From assembly GCA_038209745.1 (NCBI GenBank), contig JBBQXJ010000005.1:1-64000 (forward strand): a stretch of DNA of 64,000 bases, in the 5' to 3' direction. Origin of the DNA: Verrucomicrobiota bacterium (GTDB taxonomy: Bacteria > Verrucomicrobiota > Verrucomicrobiia > Limisphaerales > CANJSG01). The translations under genes were made by a program, and so were the position numbers. The notes beneath the pieces were generated by a model. The model saw only the letters and a list, made by a program, of their open reading frames with translations. It did no database searches and had not been told where the DNA came from. Below are positions 27,849-37,406 of the stretch, one piece after another. Position 1 is the first letter of the stretch; each line of letters begins with the position of its first letter.

Positions 27849-30200
27849 GTGTTCGCCGCCCTCGTCATCTCGGGAGGCAGCTCCGCGTGGATCGCCGGAG
27901 CTATCCTTCTCATTTCCATCGGGGTTCTGGCGGCGGGCTATCTGCGCGGTCCCGCGCCGCGCGGGGTCCGGATCGCCGGATTCTGCCTAAAACTCCTCGC
28001 CGTCCTCGCCCTCCTGGTCTGCCTGCTGGAGCCTTCCTGGACCGGGCAACGCGCCAAGCCCGGAGCCAACCAGTTCGCGATCGTCGCCGACAACAGCGAG
28101 GGCCTCCAGATCCACGATCCCGGCGCCGACCACACGCGCGGCGAGGACGAGCGGGCGCTGGTCACCGGCAAGAAATCTGGTTGGATCGGCGATCTGGAGG
28201 CCAATTTCCAACTGCGTCGCTACCGGTTCGACACCCGCCTGGAGGCCACCCGCGACTTCGCCGAACTGCGCTTCGACGGCCGGGCCACCGCGCTGGGCGC
28301 TGCGCTCCGTTCTTTGGCCGAACGATCCAAGGGCCAGCCGCTCGCCGGCGTGCTGCTGCTGACCGACGGCATCGCGACGGACATCGACGATGCTTTGCCG
28401 GATCTGACCGGATTGCCCCCCGTGTATCCCGTGGTCATCGGCGCCGATGCTTCCCCTCGCGACATCGCCATCACCAAGGCTTCCGTCAGCCTGACCGCTT
28501 TCGAAGACGCGCCCGTGACCATCCAGACAGAGGTCACGGCCGACGGGTTCGAGGGCGAACGCATTGTCGCCCAGCTCGTCGATCCGAACGGCAAGGTCGT
28601 GAAGGAAATGGGCGGAACCGCCAAGTCCACGGAGCCCTTCAGCTTCCGCTTCGAGGTGAAGCCGGAAAAACCCGGGATCTCGTTCTACGAAATTCGCGTC
28701 GCACCCGCGACCGCTTCCACCAACGCGGCTTCCCAGGAAGCCACCCTGGCCAACAACCGTCGCGTCGTCGTCGTCGACCGGGGCCGGGGACCGTATCGGA
28801 TCCTCTATGTCTCCGGCCGGCCCAACTGGGAGTTCAAGTTCATGAACCGCGCCCTCGCGGCCGACACCCAGGTCCAGCTCGTGGGTCTGATCCGACTCGC
28901 CAAGAAAGAACGGCTCGGTGCGCTCGACTTCCGGGGGCGCGAGGGCGAGACGAGCAATCCGCTCTTTCGTGGGTTCGACAAGACGAACGAAGACACCGAG
29001 CGCTACGACCAGCCGGTGCTGGCCCGCTTCAACACCCGGGACGAGACCGAGCTGCGCGCCGGCTTTCCCAAGTCCGCCGAGGATCTTTTCGCCTACCAAG
29101 CGGTCATCCTCGACGACGTCGAAGCCGGGTTCTTCACGCGCGACCAACTGGCCCTGCTCCAACGCTTCGTCACGGATCGCGGCGGCGGATTCATGATGCT
29201 CGGCGGCCAGGAATCGTTCGCCGAAGGCGGCTACGACCGGACGCCCGTCGGCGACATGTTGCCGGTCTATCTGAACCGCCGGGTCGAACCACCGAGCGAA
29301 CTGGCCTACAAGCTCGACCTGACCCGCGAAGGTTGGCTGCAACCATGGGCCCGCCTCCGCACCGCCGAGACCGACGAACGGGGTCGGCTCGCCGAAATGC
29401 CCGCGTTCCAGGTGGCCAATCTGGTCGGCGGCACCCGGCCCGGCGCGAGCGTGCTGGCCACGGTGAGCGACGACTCGGGCCGGAAGCTCCCTGCTTTGAC
29501 CGCCCAGCGATTCGGCCATGGCCGGGTCGGCGCCCTCCTCATCGGCGATCTTTGGCGCTGGGGTCTGAAGGATGCGAAGCAGCACGCGGACATGGACAAG
29601 GCCTGGAGGCAGATGATCCGCTGGCTCGTGGCCGATGTGCCGAGACCGGTCGACTTCGAAGCCAGGCCGCGACCGGAGGACGGCTCGACCGAGCTGACCA
29701 TCCGAGCCCACGACCGACGCTTCGAGCCCCTCGACAACGCGACGGTCGCCATCGAGGTCGAAGCGGTCGGCGGCAACAGCACGAACGCGCCCGGACCCGT
29801 CCGCTTCAACGCCGAACCGGTCGCCGCCGAGGCCGGCGTCTACCAGACCCGCTTCACGGGGCGCGAAGTGTCCGGCTACGTGGCGAGCGCGGTCGTGACC
29901 GATGCGTCCGGCGCCGAGGTCGGACGCGCCCAAGCCGGCTGGACCAGCGACACGGCGGCCGAGGAGTTCCGCACGCTCCGGCCCAATCGCGCTCTTTTGG
30001 AAAGCATCGCCAAACAGACCGGCGGCGAAGTCGTGTCGGCCTCCGGGCTCGCCGCGTTCGTCCGCTCCTTGCCCGATCGGCGGGCGCCCGTCACCGAAGC
30101 CTACACCACGCCGCTGTGGCACACTCCGTTGCTCTTCCTCTTCGCCCTCGCGTGCTTCGGCGCGGAATGGGCGCTGCGCCGCTGGAAAGGACTCGCTTGA
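27849..30200 (+). CDS. Membrane-anchored vWA and glutamine-amidotransferase-like domain protein (PVC type)
   Basis: N-terminal TMs, DNSEG/LLTDG vWA-like motifs, GGGFMMLGG and C-terminal EW.LRR.KGLA. Confidence 0.8.
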   Translation: MFAALVISGGSSAWIAGAILLISIGVLAAGYLRGPAPRGVRIAGFCLKLLAVLALLVCLLEPSWTGQRAKPGANQFAIVADNSEGLQIHDPGADHTRGEDERALVTGKKSGWIGDLEANFQLRRYRFDTRLEATRDFAELRFDGRATALGAALRSLAERSKGQPLAGVLLLTDGIATDIDDALPDLTGLPPVYPVVIGADASPRDIAITKASVSLTAFEDAPVTIQTEVTADGFEGERIVAQLVDPNGKVVKEMGGTAKSTEPFSFRFEVKPEKPGISFYEIRVAPATASTNAASQEATLANNRRVVVVDRGRGPYRILYVSGRPNWEFKFMNRALAADTQVQLVGLIRLAKKERLGALDFRGREGETSNPLFRGFDKTNEDTERYDQPVLARFNTRDETELRAGFPKSAEDLFAYQAVILDDVEAGFFTRDQLALLQRFVTDRGGGFMMLGGQESFAEGGYDRTPVGDMLPVYLNRRVEPPSELAYKLDLTREGWLQPWARLRTAETDERGRLAEMPAFQVANLVGGTRPGASVLATVSDDSGRKLPALTAQRFGHGRVGALLIGDLWRWGLKDAKQHADMDKAWRQMIRWLVADVPRPVDFEARPRPEDGSTELTIRAHDRRFEPLDNATVAIEVEAVGGNSTNAPGPVRFNAEPVAAEAGVYQTRFTGREVSGYVASAVVTDASGAEVGRAQAGWTSDTAAEEFRTLRPNRALLESIAKQTGGEVVSASGLAAFVRSLPDRRAPVTEAYTTPLWHTPLLFLFALACFGAEWALRRWKGLA

Positions 30201-31594
30201 TGTCGTTCAAATCCTTGGCCACCGCCGCGCTGCTCGTCTGCGCGGTCCAAATCGCCACCGCCGCTCCACGCTTGATCGTCGCCGTCGGCGCGGCCGGCGA
30301 GGACACCTTCGGCGCCGAGTTTGCCGGATGGTCCGAAGACTGGACCCGCGCCGCCGCCAAGGCCGGTGCCGAGATCTCGATCGTCGGCACCAAGCCCGGC
30401 TCGACCAACGACCTCGCCGATTTGACCGCGCTGCTCGACGCCGAGCCCAAGGACGGCGCCACCCAGCTTTGGCTCGTGCTCCTCGGGCACGGCACGTTCG
30501 CGGCCAACGAGGCCAAGTTCAACCTGCGCGGCCCCGACCTCACTTCGGCGGATCTCGCCGCACGCCTCAAGCCCTTCAGCCGACCGGTGGCCATCGTCGA
30601 TTGTTCCTCGGCCAGCGGCCCGTTCCTCAATGCCCTCGCCGGTCCCGCCCGCGTCGTCGTCACCGCCACCCGCAGCGGCTCGGAGGCGAACTACTCGCGG
30701 TTCGGGAAGTTCTTCGCGGAGGCCATCGGCTCCTCCGTCGGCGACCTCGACAAGGACGGCCAAGTGTCCCTGCTGGAGGCCTTCATCCTTGCGTCGGCCC
30801 GCACGGCGGAATTCTACAAATCGGAAGGCCGCCTCGCGACGGAGCATTCGCTGTTGGACGATTCCGGCGATGGTCTCGGGGTCCAGGGCGATTGGTTCCA
30901 GGGCGTCCGTGCCGTGAAAAGAGCGCGCAACAACGCGCCGGTCGACGGGGCGTTGGCCAACAGCTTCGTGCTGCTCCCCAGCCCGCGGGAACAAGCGTGG
31001 ACGGACGCGTTCCGTGCCCGCCGCACTCAGCTGGAAGAGGAACTGGAGACGCTCCGGAACAAGAAAGCGGAGCTGAAGCCCGAGGACTATTACGCTCGGC
31101 TCGAGCCTGTCGTCCATGCGCTCGCCGCCAGCTATGCGCAGGCCGAAGGACGCATCACCGTCGTCCAACCGGATTCCCGGGGCAGCCTCATCCTCCCGGC
31201 CAGCGCGGCTCAGATCCACGGCGTGAAACTTCGCTACGAACCCCAGCCCCACAAGAATACGCTCGGCTATTGGACCAACCCGTCCGACTCGGCTTCATGG
31301 ACCTTCGTGGCCAGCCGGCCCGGACCCTACGAGCTCGCCGTCCTCCAAGCGTGCGGCCAAGGCAATGGCGGCAGCCGGGTCGAGTTTTCCGTGGGCGAAC
31401 ATCGGGTGGAGGAAACGGTCGAGGAAACCGGAGCGTTCACCAACTTCATCCAGCGAAGCTTCGGCACCAACTCCCTGATCTTGGCCGCCGGCACGAACAC
31501 GCTGACGGTCCGCGTCCTATCCAAGCCCGGTGGCGCGGTGATGGATCTGAGGGAAGTCCGGCTGAACCCGGTGACCGTCCCACCAGCCAATTGA
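30200..31594 (+). CDS. Secreted hypothetical protein with caspase/C13-like fold and a C-terminal beta-sandwich (DUF5077/CBM-like)
   Basis: Signal peptide; LLGHGT, IVDCSSASGPF and DLDKDGQVSLLEAF; C-terminal LGYWTNPSD.ASW. Coupled to the upstream gene (TGATG). Confidence 0.7.
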   Translation: MSFKSLATAALLVCAVQIATAAPRLIVAVGAAGEDTFGAEFAGWSEDWTRAAAKAGAEISIVGTKPGSTNDLADLTALLDAEPKDGATQLWLVLLGHGTFAANEAKFNLRGPDLTSADLAARLKPFSRPVAIVDCSSASGPFLNALAGPARVVVTATRSGSEANYSRFGKFFAEAIGSSVGDLDKDGQVSLLEAFILASARTAEFYKSEGRLATEHSLLDDSGDGLGVQGDWFQGVRAVKRARNNAPVDGALANSFVLLPSPREQAWTDAFRARRTQLEEELETLRNKKAELKPEDYYARLEPVVHALAASYAQAEGRITVVQPDSRGSLILPASAAQIHGVKLRYEPQPHKNTLGYWTNPSDSASWTFVASRPGPYELAVLQACGQGNGGSRVEFSVGEHRVEETVEETGAFTNFIQRSFGTNSLILAAGTNTLTVRVLSKPGGAVMDLREVRLNPVTVPPAN

Positions 31595-31595
31595 G

Positions 31596-32315
31596 TCAGC
31601 CGCCCGCTGACCGACCGAGCAACGCGTCGAGTTCCCGGAGTCCGGCATGGGAGCCGATCTCGTAGAAGCGCGTCGCCACCTCGCAGCCGGCCAGTTGGTC
31701 GCGGGCGAGGAGATCCTGCAGCAGGTCGGCCAGATCGAACGCTTCCCGATCTGCGAAGGCGTCGAACGCGGCGGGCCGCAACAGCTCCAGCCCGTAGTCG
31801 ATATGCCGCATCCCGGCCAGCTTCGCCAACTTGTCGTAGGTGCGGATCCGGCCGTCGGCGAAGACCACGTTGCTCGTGTCGAAGCGGCCCTCGTTGCGGA
31901 AGACGGTCATCAAACCCAGTTTGCCGGACCGGAAAAACGCTTCCGCCACCGGGCCGAACGGGGTGGGCAGATACGAGTCGCCGTAGAGCACGAAGAACGG
32001 ATCTCCCAAAAGGGGCAGGGCCCGCCGCAGGGCCCCTCCGGTGCCGAGAAGTTTGGGACCGTCGAACGTATAGTCCACCCGCAGGCCGAACCGCGCGCCG
32101 TCACCGACGACGTCCCGGACCATTTCACCCAGATGCCCGAGACAAAGAACCACCCGACGGACACCTTCCCGGGCGAGCTGTGCGAGCTGATGTTCGATGA
32201 AGGGCCGACCGGCCACGCTCACGAGGGACTTGGGAATCGTCTCGGTGATGGGCCTAAGCCGAGTGGCGAGCCCACCCGCCAGCACCGCGACCGGGATGGA
32301 TGAAAGATCGCCCAC
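31596..32315 (-). CDS. Nucleotidyltransferase (MurU/NTP_transferase family)
   Basis: LAGGLATRL.P.T..IPK and GTGGAL motifs. Confidence 0.9.
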   Translation of the reverse strand: MGDLSSIPVAVLAGGLATRLRPITETIPKSLVSVAGRPFIEHQLAQLAREGVRRVVLCLGHLGEMVRDVVGDGARFGLRVDYTFDGPKLLGTGGALRRALPLLGDPFFVLYGDSYLPTPFGPVAEAFFRSGKLGLMTVFRNEGRFDTSNVVFADGRIRTYDKLAKLAGMRHIDYGLELLRPAAFDAFADREAFDLADLLQDLLARDQLAGCEVATRFYEIGSHAGLRELDALLGRSAGG

Positions 32316-32328
32316 GGCGAATTCCGAA

Positions 32329-33387
32329 TCAGGGCTGGAGCAGCTGCCGCTGCCAGTTCATCAGCTCGGCGGAGTGGGCGTCCCAGTCTTCGGCCAGCTG
32401 GTTGAGGGTGAAGCGGGAGGCGATCAAAGTCGGGTCAACGCCGAGATCGGCGGCGATCTTGTTGCGATGATCCTCGATCTCCCGCGCACGGCGTTTCTCG
32501 CCCTCGGTTTGACGACGACTGCGGTATCGCAGGACTTCGGGCCACGTTTCGGGCGGGAGCTGGAGCGCATTGCCCACGGTCAGCTTCAGCGTCTGGGCAC
32601 GGATCGGATGGAATCGCTTGGAGAGCAGTCTTTCCCAGTCCTGGCCATTGGCTGAAAGCTCCGCGATGCCGCACATGGTCTCGGGCGACAGGATGAAGAA
32701 CGGCGGCCGATTGGCCGCCAGGGCCTGGAGCTCGCGCCACTCGAAAACCGCCTTGAGCACGGCCATGGCCCGGGGCGACAGGAGGTGGGAGCCTTTGACG
32801 CGCCAGACGTCGGGATCCGTCGTGGGGGCGGCCGCGCAGTCGGCCACGAGCTTGGCGCACGACTCTTCCTGCCAGGTGGTGCGGCCGAGTTCGGCGAGCT
32901 TGGCGCGCAGGAGATCGGACAGGACCTTGAGGTGGTGGGTGTCGTTCTTCGCGTATTCGATCATCCGGTCCGTCAGCGGGCGGCGGCCCCAATCGGCCTT
33001 CTGGGAAGCCTTGTCCAGCTCGACATCGAGATACTTCTTCACCAACGCGTGGAGGCCGAACTGGGGCTCACCGATCAACCGGGCGGCGAACATGGTGTCG
33101 AAGACGCGGGACGGGACGAAATGGTGCCACTTGCGGAAGAGCCGCAGGTCGTAGTCCGACCCGTGCATGATCAGTTCGCGCGGCTCCAAGGCGTCCCACA
33201 GCGGGGAAAGGTTCAGATCTGCCAAGGGGTCGACCAGTTCGTCGCATTCCGGGGGGATGGTGATCTGGATGAGGCAGAGCTTCTCCGGGTAGGCGTGCAG
33301 GCTGTCGGCCTCGGTGTCGAGGCAGAGCCAGGGAGCGGCGTTCAGCCGGTCGACGAATTCAGTCAGAAGTTCGGAGCTATCAATCAC
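32329..33387 (-). CDS. rnd: Ribonuclease D with HRDC domain
   Basis: DTEADS, FDT, DW..RPL…YA..D and HRDC WRE..A...NRPPF motifs. Confidence 0.9.
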   Translation of the reverse strand: MIDSSELLTEFVDRLNAAPWLCLDTEADSLHAYPEKLCLIQITIPPECDELVDPLADLNLSPLWDALEPRELIMHGSDYDLRLFRKWHHFVPSRVFDTMFAARLIGEPQFGLHALVKKYLDVELDKASQKADWGRRPLTDRMIEYAKNDTHHLKVLSDLLRAKLAELGRTTWQEESCAKLVADCAAAPTTDPDVWRVKGSHLLSPRAMAVLKAVFEWRELQALAANRPPFFILSPETMCGIAELSANGQDWERLLSKRFHPIRAQTLKLTVGNALQLPPETWPEVLRYRSRRQTEGEKRRAREIEDHRNKIAADLGVDPTLIASRFTLNQLAEDWDAHSAELMNWQRQLLQP

Positions 33388-33469
33388 GATGACCAGAAAT
33401 GACGGAGACCACTAAAAATGGTGGCCTCCAGATTGTGCGGACGTGTCGCTGGAAGCCAAGAGTGTCAGA

Positions 33470-34798
33470 TCAGACGTCCGGCGCGACGTAGATGTTCGAC
33501 TCTGCGAGGTGCGGCAAAATCATTTCGACGGACCGTTCCACCCCGCCTCGGTTGGCATGCACCACTTTCTTGCCGATGGCGCCCATGCGTTCGCGCAGCG
33601 CCGGATCCGAGAGCAGTTCTTCAAGCGCCCGCTCCAACTCCGCCTCGTCCCGCACCATCCGGGCGGAGCCTTCGGCCACGAACGCCTTCGAGATCGCGTC
33701 GAAGTTCTGCATGTTCGGTCCGAAGACGACCGGTTTGCCCATGGAGGCGGGTTCGATCGGGTTTTGGCCGCCTTCGGCCGTCAGGCTCTTGCCCACGAAG
33801 ACGACGTCGGCGAATTCGTAGAAGTGCCGCAGCTCGCCGGTGGTGTTGACCACGAGGGCGCCGATCATGCCCGGCGCGTGCTGGGTCCGGTTCACAATTT
33901 CCGAACGAAAGACGGTCTTGAGTCCCGCTTCCGCCAGATCGCGGCCGGCCTCGCGGCCTCTCTCGAAGTGCCGCGGGACCACCACGAGAAAAAGCTTGGG
34001 GAACTTCGTTTGCAGCTTCAGGAAGACCCGACCGAGAATCGCTTCCTCGCCCGCGTGCGTGCTCCCGGCCACTAAAAGCTGGGAATCCGTCGCCACACCG
34101 AGCTGCTGGAGCAAACCCGGGATGTCGAGATGACGTTTTTCTTCCAGGCGCGCTGCGTCGAACTTCAAGCTGCCGAGCACTTTGATTATCTCGGGCCGGA
34201 AACCCAGTTCCCGGAACTTGGCCGCGTCCTCCTCGGTCTGGCAACCGACCCCGGCGAACTTCGCGAAGATGGGGCCGAAGAGGAACCGGAAGCGGTGGTA
34301 GCCCCGGTAGGACTTCTCGGACAGGCGTGCGTTCACCAGAAAAACGGGGATGTCCCGGTCAAAGGCCCGCCAGAGGAAGTTCGGCCAGATCTCCGCCTCC
34401 ACCAACACGATGGCATACGGATGAATGGTCCCCAGCGCCCGGCCCACGGCCGCCCTGAGATCGACCGGGTAGAAGATCTTGGAAATGTGGAGAGGCAGCT
34501 TTCTCTCCAGCTCGGCCATGCCCGTGGTGGTCGTGGTGCTGACAACGATCTTGAGGTTCGGGGCCCGGGGCTCGAGCGCCCTGATCAGGTGGGTGGAGAT
34601 GTTGACCTCGCCCACGCTGACGGCATGGATCCAGATGCACTGCCGGTTCGTGATGGCCTGTTTGACCTTGGAGCTATATTGACCGAACCGCTGGCCAAAG
34701 CCTTTCTGCCAGTTCCCCCGGCGCCACATCTTCAAAAAGTAGAAGGGCGAACTCAGCCAAAAGCCGACCGCGAACAAAATATTGTAACAGAAACGCAT
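33470..34798 (-). CDS. waaA: Kdo transferase
   Basis: WIHAVSVGE, NARLS, AGSTH.GEE, VPRH.ER and GGQNPIEP motifs. Confidence 0.95.
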   Translation of the reverse strand: MRFCYNILFAVGFWLSSPFYFLKMWRRGNWQKGFGQRFGQYSSKVKQAITNRQCIWIHAVSVGEVNISTHLIRALEPRAPNLKIVVSTTTTTGMAELERKLPLHISKIFYPVDLRAAVGRALGTIHPYAIVLVEAEIWPNFLWRAFDRDIPVFLVNARLSEKSYRGYHRFRFLFGPIFAKFAGVGCQTEEDAAKFRELGFRPEIIKVLGSLKFDAARLEEKRHLDIPGLLQQLGVATDSQLLVAGSTHAGEEAILGRVFLKLQTKFPKLFLVVVPRHFERGREAGRDLAEAGLKTVFRSEIVNRTQHAPGMIGALVVNTTGELRHFYEFADVVFVGKSLTAEGGQNPIEPASMGKPVVFGPNMQNFDAISKAFVAEGSARMVRDEAELERALEELLSDPALRERMGAIGKKVVHANRGGVERSVEMILPHLAESNIYVAPDV

Positions 34799-35054
34799 CA
34801 CGAACTCTTCATCGAACCCCTGCACGATCCGTTTCACACGGGCTTCCCCGGCAGGTCGAAGTGTGGCGGGAGAGTCCGCGAAATAACAAATCGTGCGCGA
34901 GAAAAAAGGTCGGGGAATCAACCTAATCTTCCATCCGCCCGTTCGGGCTCGCGTGGGTGGGCCCAGTTTCTGGACATTGCGGCCTGCATTTGGAGACTGA
35001 TTTGGAGATGCGGATCTTCCTCGGTTGAGCCACCCTCATTTCGTGAACAGCGCC

Positions 35055-37355
35055 ATGCCGCACCGTCCCGGATCCCAGTCGGAAGACCGTTGCTTGGCCG
35101 AAGTCTTTGCCCATCGGTTGATCCACAACCCGGCGCTCGAGGCCGTCACCGTGCATCCCGCCCGCGGCACCTTGGCCATCGCCCGCATGTCCAAGGACGG
35201 CAATCAGGCCTTGGAGGAGATGGTCGTCCAGGCAGTCGAGCCGCTTCGCCAGCCCGATTCCCTCTGCCTCGTCGCCCGCGGCGAGGGTGACTGCTCCCAG
35301 TGCGATCTCGGCCCGGAAGCCCGCGCCCTTCCGGGGATCACCATCACCCACGGCGCCGAAGGCACCACCATCGCCCGCGAAACCTGCCCCACCGCGCCCA
35401 AGTTCTGGCACTGGAGCCGCCTGCCGTTGCCCAGGCTCATCCCCCGCCAGGTGGAAGTGCCCGACGACGACCACCACCTGGATGAATGGAAGCTGCAACT
35501 GGTGCTGGCCGGCGTCTGTGGCGCGCTCGGCCTGACCGGCGGGTTCTTGCTGGAGGGTCCGTGGCGTTTGGCGGCCTTCGCAGGCGCGTATCTGGCCGGC
35601 TCGTGGTTCGCCGCCGAGGAAGTCTGGGAACTGCTCCGAAAGCGCGCCCTCGACGTCCATTTCTTGATGCTGGCGGTCGCGGCAGGCTGCGCGTCCATCG
35701 GAGCCTGGCCGGAGGGTGCCACGCTGCTCTTCCTTTTTTCGTTCTCGGGAGCCATGGAGCACTACGCGCTCGGCCGGACCCAACGAGAAATCCGTTCCCT
35801 CTTCAAAGCGGCCCCCAAAACCGCCGTGGTCATCGATGCCTCGGGTGGCGAACGCGAAATTCCGGTGGAACAGCTTCGCCCCGGTCAGCGCCTGTTGGTC
35901 CGGCCCGACGCCCAGTTCCCGGTCGACGGCGAGATCGCCAAAGGCCAGAGCGCGGCCGACGAATCCAACCTCACCGGGGAGGCGGCGCCGGTGGAGAAGA
36001 CCATTGGCGACGGCGTCTTCGCGGGAACGTTGAACCTCTGGGGCGCCGTCGAAGTCACCGTGACCCGTCCCGCCAGCGAGAGCGCGCTGGAGAAGATCAT
36101 CCGCCTCATCCGCGAGTCCCAGCGGCTGAAAGCTCCCAGCCAACGCTTCACCGACCGCTTCGGCTCCGGCTACACCGTCGGGGCCCTCGGGCTCACGATC
36201 GTGATGTTCTTCGTCTGGTGGCTCGCCTTTGGGCTGCCTCCCTTCGAATCCACGGCGACCGCCAAGAGCGCGTTCTATCGCGCCATGACGCTGCTCGTCG
36301 TCGCTTCGCCCTGCGCGCTCGTGCTGTCCATTCCCTCCGCCATTCTCGCCGCCATTGCCTGGGGCGCGCGCCACGGCGTGCTCTTCCGGGGCGGCGCCGC
36401 CGTGGAAAAACTGGCCGAGGTGGATGTCGTAGCCCTCGACAAGACCGGGACCCTCACCACCGGCGAACTCCAGATCTCCTCCGTCGAATCCTTTCCCGCC
36501 GGCCGCGAAGCCGAAGTCCTCCAGCTCGCCTGTTCCATCGAGGCCTTGTCCAACCACCCGCTCGCCCGGGCCATCACCCGCCATGGCAAGCGCGAGGGCG
36601 TCACCCTCGTTCCGATCGAGGGTGTCGAATCCCTCGCCGGGAAAGGCCTGCGCGCCAACTCGAACGGCCACGCCCTCCTCCTCGGCAAACGCGCGTGGGT
36701 CTTCGAAGACGGCGCGCCGGTCCCGCCCAGCGCGGCTTCCGTCGGAATGTCCGAAGTCTGGATCCGCACCGAAGGACTGTCCGGCCGCCTCGCTCTGCGG
36801 GATGAAGTTCGCACCGAAGCCCGCGCCACGCTCGAACGACTCCACGACGCCGGGATCCGTTCGTTGGTCCTGACGGGCGACCGCCAGGAGGCCGCCGACG
36901 AAATGCAGCGACTGCTGCCCGTGGACGAAGTCCGAGCCGAACTGACCCCCGAGCAAAAAGTCGCCGCCATCCAAGAACTCTCCGCCGCCGGGAAAAAGCC
37001 GGCCATGATCGGCGACGGCGTCAACGACGCTCCCAGCCTGGCCGCCGCCCACGTTGCCGTGGCCATGGGCGCCCGCGGATCCGACGCCGCCCTGGAGCAA
37101 GCCGAGGTGGTCCTGATGCACGACCGGATCGAGAACTTCTGGTCCGCCTACCAGCTCAGCCTCCGGGCCAAAGCCGTCATCCGCCAGAATCTCGTCATCT
37201 CCCTCGGCACCGTCGTCGTGTTGGTCACCGCATCCTTGATCGGCCCCATTCCTCTGACCCTCGGCGTCATCGGCCACGAAGGCAGCACCGTCATCGTGGT
37301 GCTCAACAGCCTGCGGCTGCTGTTCGGAAAAACGGTTGGCCAGCAGACCAAGTAG
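35055..37355 (+). CDS. Heavy-metal P-type ATPase, P1B-4 subgroup
   Basis: SPC in TM6, DKTGTLT, GDGVNDAP and HEGST. Confidence 0.93.
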   Translation: MPHRPGSQSEDRCLAEVFAHRLIHNPALEAVTVHPARGTLAIARMSKDGNQALEEMVVQAVEPLRQPDSLCLVARGEGDCSQCDLGPEARALPGITITHGAEGTTIARETCPTAPKFWHWSRLPLPRLIPRQVEVPDDDHHLDEWKLQLVLAGVCGALGLTGGFLLEGPWRLAAFAGAYLAGSWFAAEEVWELLRKRALDVHFLMLAVAAGCASIGAWPEGATLLFLFSFSGAMEHYALGRTQREIRSLFKAAPKTAVVIDASGGEREIPVEQLRPGQRLLVRPDAQFPVDGEIAKGQSAADESNLTGEAAPVEKTIGDGVFAGTLNLWGAVEVTVTRPASESALEKIIRLIRESQRLKAPSQRFTDRFGSGYTVGALGLTIVMFFVWWLAFGLPPFESTATAKSAFYRAMTLLVVASPCALVLSIPSAILAAIAWGARHGVLFRGGAAVEKLAEVDVVALDKTGTLTTGELQISSVESFPAGREAEVLQLACSIEALSNHPLARAITRHGKREGVTLVPIEGVESLAGKGLRANSNGHALLLGKRAWVFEDGAPVPPSAASVGMSEVWIRTEGLSGRLALRDEVRTEARATLERLHDAGIRSLVLTGDRQEAADEMQRLLPVDEVRAELTPEQKVAAIQELSAAGKKPAMIGDGVNDAPSLAAAHVAVAMGARGSDAALEQAEVVLMHDRIENFWSAYQLSLRAKAVIRQNLVISLGTVVVLVTASLIGPIPLTLGVIGHEGSTVIVVLNSLRLLFGKTVGQQTK

Positions 37356-37406
37356 CCGGACTCTTCCTCCTTCCCCGACGCCGGTCTTGCCCGTTGAATC
37401 CTCGCA

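Noticed and set aside
27833..31594. 1253-aa ORF
   Set aside because: The 5' part is a shadow frame of the vWA gene. The real gene starts at ATG 30200.
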